Shown here piece after piece: positions 31,584 to 40,591 of a stretch of 64,000 bases of DNA. Under the pieces are notes generated by a model. The model saw only the letters and a list, made by a program, of their open reading frames with translations, was not told the DNA's origin and did not search any database. This stretch comes from Patescibacteria group bacterium (GTDB lineage Bacteria > Patescibacteriota > Minisyncoccia > Moranbacterales > GWC2-37-73), in NCBI GenBank assembly GCA_022709565.1, contig JAKLIO010000001.1, forward strand, positions 73,927 through 137,926, given 5' to 3'. Both the position numbers and the translations under genes were made by a program. Each line of letters begins with the position of its first letter. The stretch's first letter is position 1.

Positions 31584-33005
31584 CTATTTTATCCGCTGGA
31601 AAAGCGGCTCGACTTGCTTTGTTTCCAGAGCTTTTTTGATCTTTTCAGAAGTATCAGGCAAAAACGGCAGCAGCAACTGAGAAATTAGGTCTAAATCATC
31701 CAGTAATTTTTGCATTACTTCTTTAAATTTCTTTTCATTTGATTTAGCAAGTTCCCAGGGTTTATTATCTTCTATATATTTATTATCTTCCTTAATAATA
31801 TTCCATATATATTCTAATGCCTTATCTATTTGAAATTTATCCAAAAATTTTGAAATTTGGTCATTGGTCATTGAAAATTCATTGGAAATTGGAAATTGGT
31901 CATTGGTCATTGAACTTAATTTCACGGTACGTGAAATTAAGTTGCCTATTCCATTTGCCAGATCCGCATTGTATTTCTCTGTCATCCACTCCCAGCTAAT
32001 ATCCGCATCATCTCCAAAACTGTTAAGACTTAGCAAAATGTAGCGCGTTCCATCAATGCCAAATTTTTCTACCATTTCATAGGGCGAAATTACATTACCC
32101 AAAGACTTCGACATCTTTTGCCCATTGCTAGTCAAAAAACTATTGATAAAAATTTGTTTTGAAGCTGGCAAATTGACTGCCATAAGCATAGCCTGCCACA
32201 TTGCCGATTGCGGACGCAAGTTGTCCTTGCCGGCCACTTGAATCCCTGGCCACCAAGAATTAAATTTTTTCATATCATCCGGCCATCCGATTGCTGAAAT
32301 ATAATTGACCAAAGCATCAAACCAGACATACATTACTTGTTCTTCGTCGTCAGGAACCGGCACGCCCCAGGGCATTTTTTCTTTCACGCGTGAAATTGAA
32401 AAATCTTCTAAGCCCATACTAACAAAACTTTTTATTTCATTAAATCGATGCGCTGGAACGACAAAGTTAGGATTTTTTTCATATAATTCTAGCAATTTTT
32501 GCTGGAAAGCGGAAAATTTAAAAAAATAATTTTCTTCTTCCCTGATTTCAATTTCTCTGTTGGGATGCAAAGGACAGCAATTGTCAACCAATTCCGAATC
32601 TGTTTTTTCCATTTCGCAACCGACGCAATATTTTGTTTTATAATTTTTCTTATAAATATAGCCGTTATTTTTGGTTTGTCGCCAAAATTCCTGCGCTGCC
32701 TTCACGTGATGTTCATCAGTCGTGCGAATAAAATTATCAAAACTTAAATTCAGAACATTTTTCAGTTCCCTGAATTTTTCTACTTGTTGATCACAATAGA
32801 CTTGCGTATCCAATCCAAGTTCATTGGCTCGTTCAAATATTTTTGATCCGTGTTCATCCGTGCCAATATTAAAAAAAATATCGTTACCGGATAGTCTTTG
32901 AAATCTCGCCCAAGCATCTGCCCTGACGACTTCCCATGCATAACCAACATGCGGATCAGCGTTTATGTATGGCAGTGTTGTTGTAATGTAAAATTTATTT
33001 TGCAT
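31584..33005 (-). CDS. metG: Methionyl-tRNA synthetase with a low-complexity in-frame insertion
   Basis: KMSKSLGNVISP (the KMSKS motif), a Zn-knuckle CVGCEME, and an N-terminus TTTLPYINADPHVGYAWE. The tandem-repeat-encoded insertion SSMTNDQFPISNEFSMTNDQISKF is at about 31845-31915. Confidence 0.9.
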   Translation of the reverse strand: MQNKFYITTTLPYINADPHVGYAWEVVRADAWARFQRLSGNDIFFNIGTDEHGSKIFERANELGLDTQVYCDQQVEKFRELKNVLNLSFDNFIRTTDEHHVKAAQEFWRQTKNNGYIYKKNYKTKYCVGCEMEKTDSELVDNCCPLHPNREIEIREEENYFFKFSAFQQKLLELYEKNPNFVVPAHRFNEIKSFVSMGLEDFSISRVKEKMPWGVPVPDDEEQVMYVWFDALVNYISAIGWPDDMKKFNSWWPGIQVAGKDNLRPQSAMWQAMLMAVNLPASKQIFINSFLTSNGQKMSKSLGNVISPYEMVEKFGIDGTRYILLSLNSFGDDADISWEWMTEKYNADLANGIGNLISRTVKLSSMTNDQFPISNEFSMTNDQISKFLDKFQIDKALEYIWNIIKEDNKYIEDNKPWELAKSNEKKFKEVMQKLLDDLDLISQLLLPFLPDTSEKIKKALETKQVEPLFQRIK

Positions 33006-33046
33006 AATTTAAAGTGTAATCTAAAAAATATCATGACAGAGACATG

Positions 33047-33349
33047 TTAAACCTTGAAGATAGAAGGAAATAGCCATACCAGCAGAATCGGAATAAAAAT
33101 TAAACATAGCGTCATGACTGCATATATAAAATAGGCCAACCATTTTTTATACCATTCTTTTTTAAAACCGACAACAATAAAAAGTAAGCCTAAAAAAAGA
33201 GCAAAAAAAGAACTAGTGAGTCTTGAAATATTGAGATAATCTGACAGTCCGCATGTGCACCGGTATGTCTCTGCAATATTAATTAGGTGTGGTAATGTCC
33301 AAAATAAACCGAAAACAAAAAAGGTGATTTTGATAATATTTCTCTTCAT
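33047..33349 (-). CDS. Small hypothetical membrane protein (3 transmembrane helices)
   Basis: 100 aa, hydrophobic, with an LLVWLFPSIF C-terminus. Confidence 0.45.
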   Translation of the reverse strand: MKRNIIKITFFVFGLFWTLPHLINIAETYRCTCGLSDYLNISRLTSSFFALFLGLLFIVVGFKKEWYKKWLAYFIYAVMTLCLIFIPILLVWLFPSIFKV

Positions 33350-33370
33350 ATTTTATATATTAAAAACGAA

Positions 33371-34657
33371 TCAATCAAACAATCTCTTGTAATTCTTCGA
33401 CCAATAAACAATTCCATTATAATAATTAGCATAGAAAGTTCCCAAATAATTTATAGAAGCTTTTTTGATGGCCGAAGCGCTGTCGGAAGTGGCGCCGGCT
33501 TTTTTCAATTTGAGCGCCATCGCCATCACGCCGTCGGTCAAATCCCATGGATCAGGCGTCTTGTGTCCGGTATTGGCGGCTATGCTTGATTTATATCCTT
33601 GCCATGTGTCAGACATGAATTGCGGCACGCCCATAGCTCCTCCTTGACCGACATACCCACTCGGAGAACAGGAAACTTTTTTATTTTTGCTGTATCCCAA
33701 ATCATCCACCAAATCATAGAAAAGTTCCTGTCTTTTATAAAGCAGCGCAATTGAAGCTTTATATTTCGAACCATATTTTTTATATCTTGCCACTGCCACT
33801 TTTTCAACTTCTTTATAGGTACACTGGCCGGTATTAGCGCCCAGATTTGTTTCCATTTTCAAAAATCCATATAAAACTCCCTTGGGAACTCCGGTTTTAT
33901 CGCTAGCATATTCTACTGCTTCCTTAATATCCTTAGCATTGAATGATTTTCCGGTCAAAACATTCAAGTCGCTTTCGAGTTCGGCCAGTTTATCGCGCAG
34001 TTCTTCAATAGTAGCTTCTTTTTCAGCCACCACGCTGGCTGCTTCAGCTTTATCAACCAAGAGATCCTGTTTTTCATCTATTTTTTTCTCCAAAACATCT
34101 TCGTGCTGCTCTTTAATATCAGCCAATTCGGCTTTATCCTGTTCAATCTGAGTTTTTGTTCTGGCCAGTTCTTTTAAAATATTCATCATCTTCTCCTCCA
34201 ACGTCAGCAAATGATCAACGCTTGAGAACATATCAGTGAAATTGCTTTCAGAAAGAACCACGCTCACTGTTGACTGGCTTTTGATATAATATATTTCCCG
34301 CAAAAAATTCTTAAGCATTTCTTCTTTTAGTCTTATTTGATCTTCCAAATTGACTATTTCAAGTTCTTTACGAGTAATAGTTTGTTTAACTTCATTTAAG
34401 GTTGATTGGGTTTTGTTTATTTCAGATTGCGTCGAATATACAGCTGAATTGATTTGAGTCAGTTCTTGTACTGATTTTACATACCCTTTTTCTGCTTTTT
34501 TTAGTTCATCTTTCGTTTCTTCAACCTCATCCTCTATTTCAGAAATGTTTTCAGCCGCATAGGCTGATTTATAAAAATTCAGTTGCGACCACACAAAAAC
34601 AGGCACAGCCAGCGCCCATACAACAAACCATACGATTTTTTTTCTTTTCGTACTCAT
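33371..34657 (-). CDS. Membrane-anchored coiled-coil protein with a C-terminal lytic transglycosylase (MltB-like) domain
   Basis: N-terminal transmembrane helix, then a long coiled coil. The C-terminal GGAMGVPQFMSDTW matches the MltB/SLT_2 signature G-x-M-G-x-x-Q-F-x-P-S-T-W. Confidence 0.65.
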   Translation of the reverse strand: MSTKRKKIVWFVVWALAVPVFVWSQLNFYKSAYAAENISEIEDEVEETKDELKKAEKGYVKSVQELTQINSAVYSTQSEINKTQSTLNEVKQTITRKELEIVNLEDQIRLKEEMLKNFLREIYYIKSQSTVSVVLSESNFTDMFSSVDHLLTLEEKMMNILKELARTKTQIEQDKAELADIKEQHEDVLEKKIDEKQDLLVDKAEAASVVAEKEATIEELRDKLAELESDLNVLTGKSFNAKDIKEAVEYASDKTGVPKGVLYGFLKMETNLGANTGQCTYKEVEKVAVARYKKYGSKYKASIALLYKRQELFYDLVDDLGYSKNKKVSCSPSGYVGQGGAMGVPQFMSDTWQGYKSSIAANTGHKTPDPWDLTDGVMAMALKLKKAGATSDSASAIKKASINYLGTFYANYYNGIVYWSKNYKRLFD

Positions 34658-34912
34658 CAGCTATATTTTATCATGGCTAGCAATAAAAACAACTGCGACA
34701 ATTTTAATCCTTTACATTCCCTTTGTTTTATATTATAATCATTCAGTTATCTTTATTACTGGCTTATTATGGGAAACTTATGCCCAGTAGTGAAAATTCG
34801 AAAAAATATTTTCGCTTTTTCTATGGTTTAAACTAAACACAAATAAATCGCTATAATTAAAATTTACTAAACTTCTTTTGGCCAAGGGCCATTCGAATTT
34901 CTACTACTGGGT

Positions 34913-35875
34913 ATGTTAATCGATGATGTTAAAATTGAAATAACAGCCGGACATGGCGGCAAAGGCTGCGCGAGTTTCAACAAGAACCTCATGAGTCTTG
35001 GCCCGGCTGGAGGCAGTGGCGGACATGGCGGCAATATCATTTTTCAAGGCGTCTCCGATCTGAATGCTCTGGGGCAATTCCGCTACAAGAAACAAATATC
35101 CGCTCCCAATGGCCGCGATGGCAAAGGCCAGTTTTGCGATGGACCGGACGGAAAGGATTTACTAGTAAAAATTCCTGTCGGCACTGTCATTCACAATCTC
35201 GATACCGAAAAAGACTCAGAAATCACCAAGGTTGGACAAGAAATTGTTATTGCTAAAGGCGGACAAGGTGGTCGGGGTAATTTCCATTTCCGTTCAGCCA
35301 AAAACACGTCTCCAACTGAATTTGAAGAAGGCAAAGCAGGCGAGTATTTTAATTTACGCTTGGAACTCAAGCTGATCGCCGATGTCGGTTTTGTTGGTCT
35401 TCCCAATGTCGGCAAATCCAGCTTGCTCAATGAAATTACCAACGCCAGCGCCAAAGTGGCCAACTATCAATTCACTACGCTGGAACCCAATCTGGGTGTT
35501 CACTATGGCTTGATCTTAGCTGACATTCCGGGACTGATTGAAGGCGCATCCACTGGCAAAGGCTTGGGCATAAAATTTTTGAAACACGTGGAACGCACAA
35601 AAATTTTTTTTCATTTTCTTTCCGTCGAATCGGAAGATCTCGTGAAAGATTATGATATTATCAGAAAAGAACTTCAAGCTTATAATCCGATTCTGCTTGA
35701 AAAACCGGAATATATTTTCATCAGCAAAACTGACATGGTGTCCCCTGCCGAACTCGAGAAAAAAATCAAATCGCTCAAAAAACTTTCTTCTCACATAATC
35801 CCAATTTCCATCCACGACTGGGACAGTCTGCAAAAAGTTAAAGATTTGCTGAATGAAATTGAAAAGGAAAAATAA
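34913..35875 (+). CDS. obg: GTPase Obg/CgtA
   Basis: Obg-fold Gly-rich N-domain (GHGGKGCASF...GGSGGHGGNIIF), then G-domain motifs GLPNVGKSS, DIPGLIEGA and SKTD. Confidence 0.9.
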   Translation: MLIDDVKIEITAGHGGKGCASFNKNLMSLGPAGGSGGHGGNIIFQGVSDLNALGQFRYKKQISAPNGRDGKGQFCDGPDGKDLLVKIPVGTVIHNLDTEKDSEITKVGQEIVIAKGGQGGRGNFHFRSAKNTSPTEFEEGKAGEYFNLRLELKLIADVGFVGLPNVGKSSLLNEITNASAKVANYQFTTLEPNLGVHYGLILADIPGLIEGASTGKGLGIKFLKHVERTKIFFHFLSVESEDLVKDYDIIRKELQAYNPILLEKPEYIFISKTDMVSPAELEKKIKSLKKLSSHIIPISIHDWDSLQKVKDLLNEIEKEK

Positions 35876-35908
35876 AAAAGCACTCTTTTCAAAAGGTGCT
35901 TTTTATTA

Positions 35909-36718
35909 TTATTTTTCCATTTTCTCTTTCATCAGTTTCCTAATCTCCGGTAAAATTTTTCGCGCGGCTTCTTCGCCGGCTAAAATTGATTTTTTTCCAT
36001 TCATGAATTTATTCCAATATACCCGTCCGGTTTGAGGATTAATCACAATATCAGCATTTTTTATATTCCAAGCTGAAAGATGATGGCGAAGTAGCCAAAT
36101 GGATCTTTGGACGGCTTTGAAAAATACTACTCCCATTTTCCTAATATCAGTGCTCTGATAACTGTCCAAATTGACTGCGATAACAATATCCGCCCCCATT
36201 TCCCTGACAACATCAACCGGCACCGGCATTGAGAAGCCGCCATCGCCCAAGGATCTTGATTCTATTTCCACGGGTCGAAAAACCGGAGGACACGCAATGC
36301 TAGCATGAATAGCATGAGATAATTTGCCTTTTCTTATGACAACAGACTCGCCATTATTAAGGTCTGTCGCCACTGCCAAAAATGGAATCCGGCAATCTTT
36401 AATTTCTATTCCGTTAACAAATTGCTCAAAAAATTTTTTGATCTTTTCTCCGCGTACCAAACCGCCCCGCCGTAAAGCCGGGTCGATAAAAGAGAACATC
36501 TGACGCGAATTAGTTTTGAGCGCTATTTTTTCAATTTCATTAATATCCCTGAGCGCCGCGTAGCATCCACCAATTATGGCGCCGACGCTTGATCCGGCGA
36601 TAAAATCTATCGGAATATTGTTTTCTTCCAGAACTTTGATAATGCCGATATGCGCCAAGCCCTTGGCTCCCCCGCTGCCTAATGCTAATCCGATTTTCGG
36701 TCTTTTTTCCTGCTGCAT
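35909..36718 (-). CDS. Patatin-like phospholipase
   Basis: The oxyanion-hole motif GSGGAKG, the GxSxG nucleophile motif GSSVG, and a catalytic DGG. Confidence 0.85.
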   Translation of the reverse strand: MQQEKRPKIGLALGSGGAKGLAHIGIIKVLEENNIPIDFIAGSSVGAIIGGCYAALRDINEIEKIALKTNSRQMFSFIDPALRRGGLVRGEKIKKFFEQFVNGIEIKDCRIPFLAVATDLNNGESVVIRKGKLSHAIHASIACPPVFRPVEIESRSLGDGGFSMPVPVDVVREMGADIVIAVNLDSYQSTDIRKMGVVFFKAVQRSIWLLRHHLSAWNIKNADIVINPQTGRVYWNKFMNGKKSILAGEEAARKILPEIRKLMKEKMEK

Positions 36719-36914
36719 AAAATAAAATTTTTTATATTATAGGATTTATATGTTTATTTTTTTGCGGAACTCTTCGCAGGCGCTAGCAAAAGACAAGGTT
36801 AATAAAAAGTTTGCTAGATTGCCGTTATAATATATAAGTGAAAGCTTACAGCGCCGAGCAGTGAAGCAAAAAAATAAATATATAAGTCCTTCTGATTTAT
36901 ATAATTTATACCCG

Positions 36915-37283
36915 CTATTCTGTTCCGTGATGATGTTTTTTGCTGGGTTCAAATAAATGCAAAACTCCGCTAATTAGCGAAAGCACCAAACTGAAAACGA
37001 GCGCCCACCAAAAACTTTTCACATGAAAACCCGCCACAATATTGCTGGTCAAAAGCACTAGGCCCGCGTTAATCACGAAAGTGAAAAGTCCCAATGTCAT
37101 AATTTCCAGCGGCAGAGTCAAAATAATCAAGATCGGCCTAATGACAGAATTGAGCAGCCCTAAAACAACCGCCACCACCAATGCCACAAAAAAACTTTTA
37201 ACATAAATAGCTTCCGTAGGCAACAAATAAGCCGTAATTATAATGGCTAGCGCTGACAAAAACCAATGAATGATAATACGCAT
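36915..37283 (-). CDS. Membrane protein of the phage_holin_4 / YvlD (DUF360)-like family
   Basis: 4 transmembrane helices. LGLLNSVIRPILIILTLPLEIMTLGLFTFVINAGLVLL matches the conserved core of that family. Confidence 0.5.
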   Translation of the reverse strand: MRIIIHWFLSALAIIITAYLLPTEAIYVKSFFVALVVAVVLGLLNSVIRPILIILTLPLEIMTLGLFTFVINAGLVLLTSNIVAGFHVKSFWWALVFSLVLSLISGVLHLFEPSKKHHHGTE

Positions 37284-37338
37284 ATAAGTAGTTTGTAAAG
37301 TTATTAAAGTTTATAAAGCAAGCAAATTGCTAATGTAA

Positions 37339-38313
37339 TTATACCATTTTCTTTAGAAAATCTCGAACAATTTTTTCCGCCTCTTTTGTGCTCCTGGCTT
37401 CCATAAGTTTTGCCCTAAGTTCCTTAGCTCCGTCAAATCCTCTGGCATAAGTAGCGTAGTGTTTTTTAATCACATCGCGGTGCTTTACGCCTTTTAATTC
37501 CTTGGAAAATATTTTGGCATGTTCGAGCATGGCTTCCAATCTGTCTTGGAGCGGAACTTTTTCAATTTTTATTTTGCGATTGAAAAACCAGGGATTTCCC
37601 AAGACTCCGCGTCCAACCATGATGCCCTGAACTTTGGCTTTTCTGGCTTTTAAAATTCCATCTTTGATATTTTTAACATCACCATTGCCAATAATAACTA
37701 CGCCGCTGCCTTTGGCAATTTCCGCGGCTCTTGCAATCGCATCCCAATCAGCAGTGCCGACAAAGGCTTGCTTTTTAGTGCGTCCATGAATTGTGATTGC
37801 CGCCGGTTTTTCGGCTAAAATTTCCGGGAGCCATGTTTCGATTTCATTTTGGCTAAAACCGATGCGCGTTTTGATTGAAACCGGCAAATCGCCAGCGCCC
37901 TCTTTGGTCGCTCGGATAATTTCTCTGGCCCGTTTCGGATTTTTAATGAGCGCCGCTCCGGCACCCTGATCAACAACGCTTTTGTCCGGACAACCCATAT
38001 TGATGTCAATTCCGTCAAAACCCAAATCATTTGCGATTTTGGCGCATTCCCGAAAATTTTCCGGCTTAGCCCCGAAAAACTGGGCCACAATCGGATGTTC
38101 GTTTTCAAAAAAACGCAAAGTTTTCAGAAGAACTTGCCGGCCTTTCTTGTCCATGAGGCCATCTGCAGCCACAAACTCGGTAAACAAAACATCCGGCCGG
38201 CCATATTTAACCAGCATCTGCCGAGTAGCAATGTCGGTGACGTCGTGCATCGGCGCCAAAACAAAAAAAGGCTTTTTCTTCTTGGCTAATTCTCGCCAGA
38301 AATTTTTATCCAT
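37339..38313 (-). CDS. dus: tRNA-dihydrouridine synthase
   Basis: VLAPMHDVTD start, the FMN-binding TIM-barrel, and DINMGCP (catalytic Cys). Confidence 0.85.
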   Translation of the reverse strand: MDKNFWRELAKKKKPFFVLAPMHDVTDIATRQMLVKYGRPDVLFTEFVAADGLMDKKGRQVLLKTLRFFENEHPIVAQFFGAKPENFRECAKIANDLGFDGIDINMGCPDKSVVDQGAGAALIKNPKRAREIIRATKEGAGDLPVSIKTRIGFSQNEIETWLPEILAEKPAAITIHGRTKKQAFVGTADWDAIARAAEIAKGSGVVIIGNGDVKNIKDGILKARKAKVQGIMVGRGVLGNPWFFNRKIKIEKVPLQDRLEAMLEHAKIFSKELKGVKHRDVIKKHYATYARGFDGAKELRAKLMEARSTKEAEKIVRDFLKKMV

Positions 38314-38460
38314 ACCTGAATATTGTAGGCTTAATGCGTACTTTTTTCAAGAGTAATATATATTGTTAACTTTTCTTTCTAGAAAATAGCTTCTCTATTA
38401 ATTTTTCTTTCCACAATTTCAAGCATTAACTTTTCTTTCTAGGATAAGAAAAGTTAAAAA

Positions 38461-38910
38461 CCCCAGAAGCAGAGCAAAGCTCGCTACGGGGCGAGGAAAG
38501 TCGCGCCGGATGAAGATACTGATGGCAAGCGCTTCGTTCTTCACTAAAATTTGCACTTCGCTACGCTCCGTTTTAAAATTTTTTAACGCTCATCACTCGC
38601 GCTTTGCCTACGTACTTCATATAGCGCCTAAGGAATTCAAAATGCATTTCGCATTTCCCGCACCCTATGAATTTCGTAAGAAAATTCAAGCGAGTGAGCG
38701 TTAAAAATTTTCTCTGAGCCCAAAATAGAAAATTTAGCGAGCGAGCTTAGAATTTGCCACAGAAATTCATCTGGGTGCAAGTTTCTTTTCTGTCCGCTTT
38801 TCTTTTGAAAGAAAAGCGGGCGAAGATCTAAATGCGTGCACCGAAAAACATAATTTTGAATTATTTGAAATTATAAAGCAAAAAACTGCCTAAAAGGCAG
38901 CTTTTCGTAT
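38461..38910 (+). ncRNA. Candidate structured non-coding RNA in a GC-enriched intergenic island. Possibly a divergent RNase P RNA. The class is unconfirmed.
   Basis: About 450 nt with no credible ORF, clearly higher GC than the flanks, and many compensatory inverted repeats (for example AACGCTCATCACTCGCGC pairing with GCGAGTGAGCGTT). It contains GAGGAAAGUC (like RNase P CR-I) at 38493 and ACAGAAA (like CR-V) at 38759. Adjacent to these, the strands CCGGAUGAA and UUCAUCUGG could form P4. It ends in the hairpin CTGCCTAAAAGGCAG followed by TTTT. Confidence 0.3.
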
Positions 38911-38945
38911 TTTAATCCATGATACATTATACAAAATACATAATA

Positions 38946-39320
38946 TTACTCTCCTGTCGTCTGTTCCAAATTAGTCTTTTTGAAATTAACTTTCCAAATT
39001 GGTTCATAGGCATTGTCAAATTCATCTTTAACCATAACCGTTTCGCCTTTCATAAGAGTTGAAATCGCCACATCATTCATCATTTCCCTGTGCGTTTCCA
39101 CTTCCAGTTTTAAATCCTCCAGTTTTTCCCAGCTGCGTCCCAACTGCGCCTGGATGCGAGCTTCGATTTCTTTTTTCTTTTCCCGCAAGACTTTGATTTC
39201 TTCCACGATTTCTTCATATTTATCCGCCTGCACCAAAGCGTCTTTATACATATCCCTCAAATCCTTCTGCTCTTTTTTCATTTCTCTAATTTTGTTGAAA
39301 ACCTCTTGTACATTTTGCAT
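38946..39320 (-). CDS. Hypothetical coiled-coil protein
   Basis: 124 aa, highly charged with heptad character. I recognise no motif. Confidence 0.45.
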   Translation of the reverse strand: MQNVQEVFNKIREMKKEQKDLRDMYKDALVQADKYEEIVEEIKVLREKKKEIEARIQAQLGRSWEKLEDLKLEVETHREMMNDVAISTLMKGETVMVKDEFDNAYEPIWKVNFKKTNLEQTTGE

Positions 39321-39513
39321 ACTTTTTTGGGTAAATTAATTTTTTATAAAACAACGTTTTCAATCATAGCATATCATGACAAACTAAAAAAGGACGCCAG
39401 GTCCTTTTTTGTTTTTTGTTTTTGTTTTTGGGGAACTTATCTCAAAATATTTCCTGCCGCTTCTGCGACAAGGCCTGCTAAAAATTGCAAGCTAATATAT
39501 TTTTAAGATTTAT

Positions 39514-40335
39514 TTATAAATATCTCTCTACTTCATTGTAATAGTAGCCCACATCCTTAATCCACTTGAGCTCACTTTTATCTTTTTCTGCATCCTGGCA
39601 GCCATAACCGCATTTCCAAACCACCATTTCGTTTGGAGAGTTTATTTTTTCTTCTTGAATAAGTTCGTCCAATCTGTTAGCTACTGCATCGACTGCTTCC
39701 TTTGGAGAATCAAAACAAGTGTGCCCGCCACTGCCCATCCTTTCAGCTTTTAAACGGAAACCCCAATAATTATAGCAATCTTCGCCATTAAGTACCGGCC
39801 TTCTTTTGCCCCAATTGCTTTCCTTTTTGGCAATCGCCACCAAAAAAGCGGCTGTTTGTGGGTCCTTTTTGGCAATATAAGGAGCCATTTTTTCAATCGG
39901 ATAGCCTTTAACCATTTTTTTGATTCCTTTTTCAAGTTTGCTTTCTATTTTCACTTCAGTCGATGCTCCGGCTACCTTGCCTGATTGATCATTAATTATA
40001 TTGAAAACGCTTGTAAAAACCATTCCAGTTGTCATGAAAATAATAGAAATAATGAGCGCCAAAATTCTTCCGCGGGACGGCTGGATATTCCCAAGACTCA
40101 GGATTGTCACGCGCTTCTTTTTGGATTTTATTTTTTTGCGCCGCTTGATTTTCACTTTAACCTTCTTTTTCTGTTTGACTGATATTTTTTTTCCGCCAAG
40201 GGCAGATCCGCCTCTAGCAGAAATTTTTAAAACAACACTTTTGTGTTTTTTATTTTTCGCCTTTCTTTTCAGAACTTTTTTTTGGATCTTTTTGGCGTGT
40301 TTTGTTTTTTTGTTTTTATGTTTATTTTTGACCAT
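39514..40335 (-). CDS. Membrane-anchored peptidoglycan hydrolase with a glucosaminidase-like (FlgJ-type) domain
   Basis: Extremely Lys-rich N-terminus, one transmembrane helix, then FLVAIAKKESNWGKRRP, which resembles the muramidase/glucosaminidase signature E-S-G-W-G. Confidence 0.5.
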   Translation of the reverse strand: MVKNKHKNKKTKHAKKIQKKVLKRKAKNKKHKSVVLKISARGGSALGGKKISVKQKKKVKVKIKRRKKIKSKKKRVTILSLGNIQPSRGRILALIISIIFMTTGMVFTSVFNIINDQSGKVAGASTEVKIESKLEKGIKKMVKGYPIEKMAPYIAKKDPQTAAFLVAIAKKESNWGKRRPVLNGEDCYNYWGFRLKAERMGSGGHTCFDSPKEAVDAVANRLDELIQEEKINSPNEMVVWKCGYGCQDAEKDKSELKWIKDVGYYYNEVERYL

Positions 40336-40591
40336 ATTGGAAGATGTTATTACCTAAATAAAGCAAAAACGGGCGTTCACCCGTTTCAACTCTATCTATT
40401 GTAATATATCCATTATACACCCATTTAAAGGAAAAAGCAAGACCTGTCGCTCGCGAGCGACAGGTCGAGACCTCTCCCTATTATTTTTACACAAGCGCGA
40501 AGCGCTAATCGGCAAAGCCAGTGTAAAGTTAGTGCGAAGCAATACCTGCCATTAGTAAGTGTTGGTCCATACCACAATTAAATGTATTTTT

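Noticed and set aside
38510-38704. ORF-track 64 aa ORF on the plus strand.
   Set aside because: It lies inside the GC-rich inverted-repeat-dense island that is better explained as structured RNA. The peptide has no features and no ribosome binding site.
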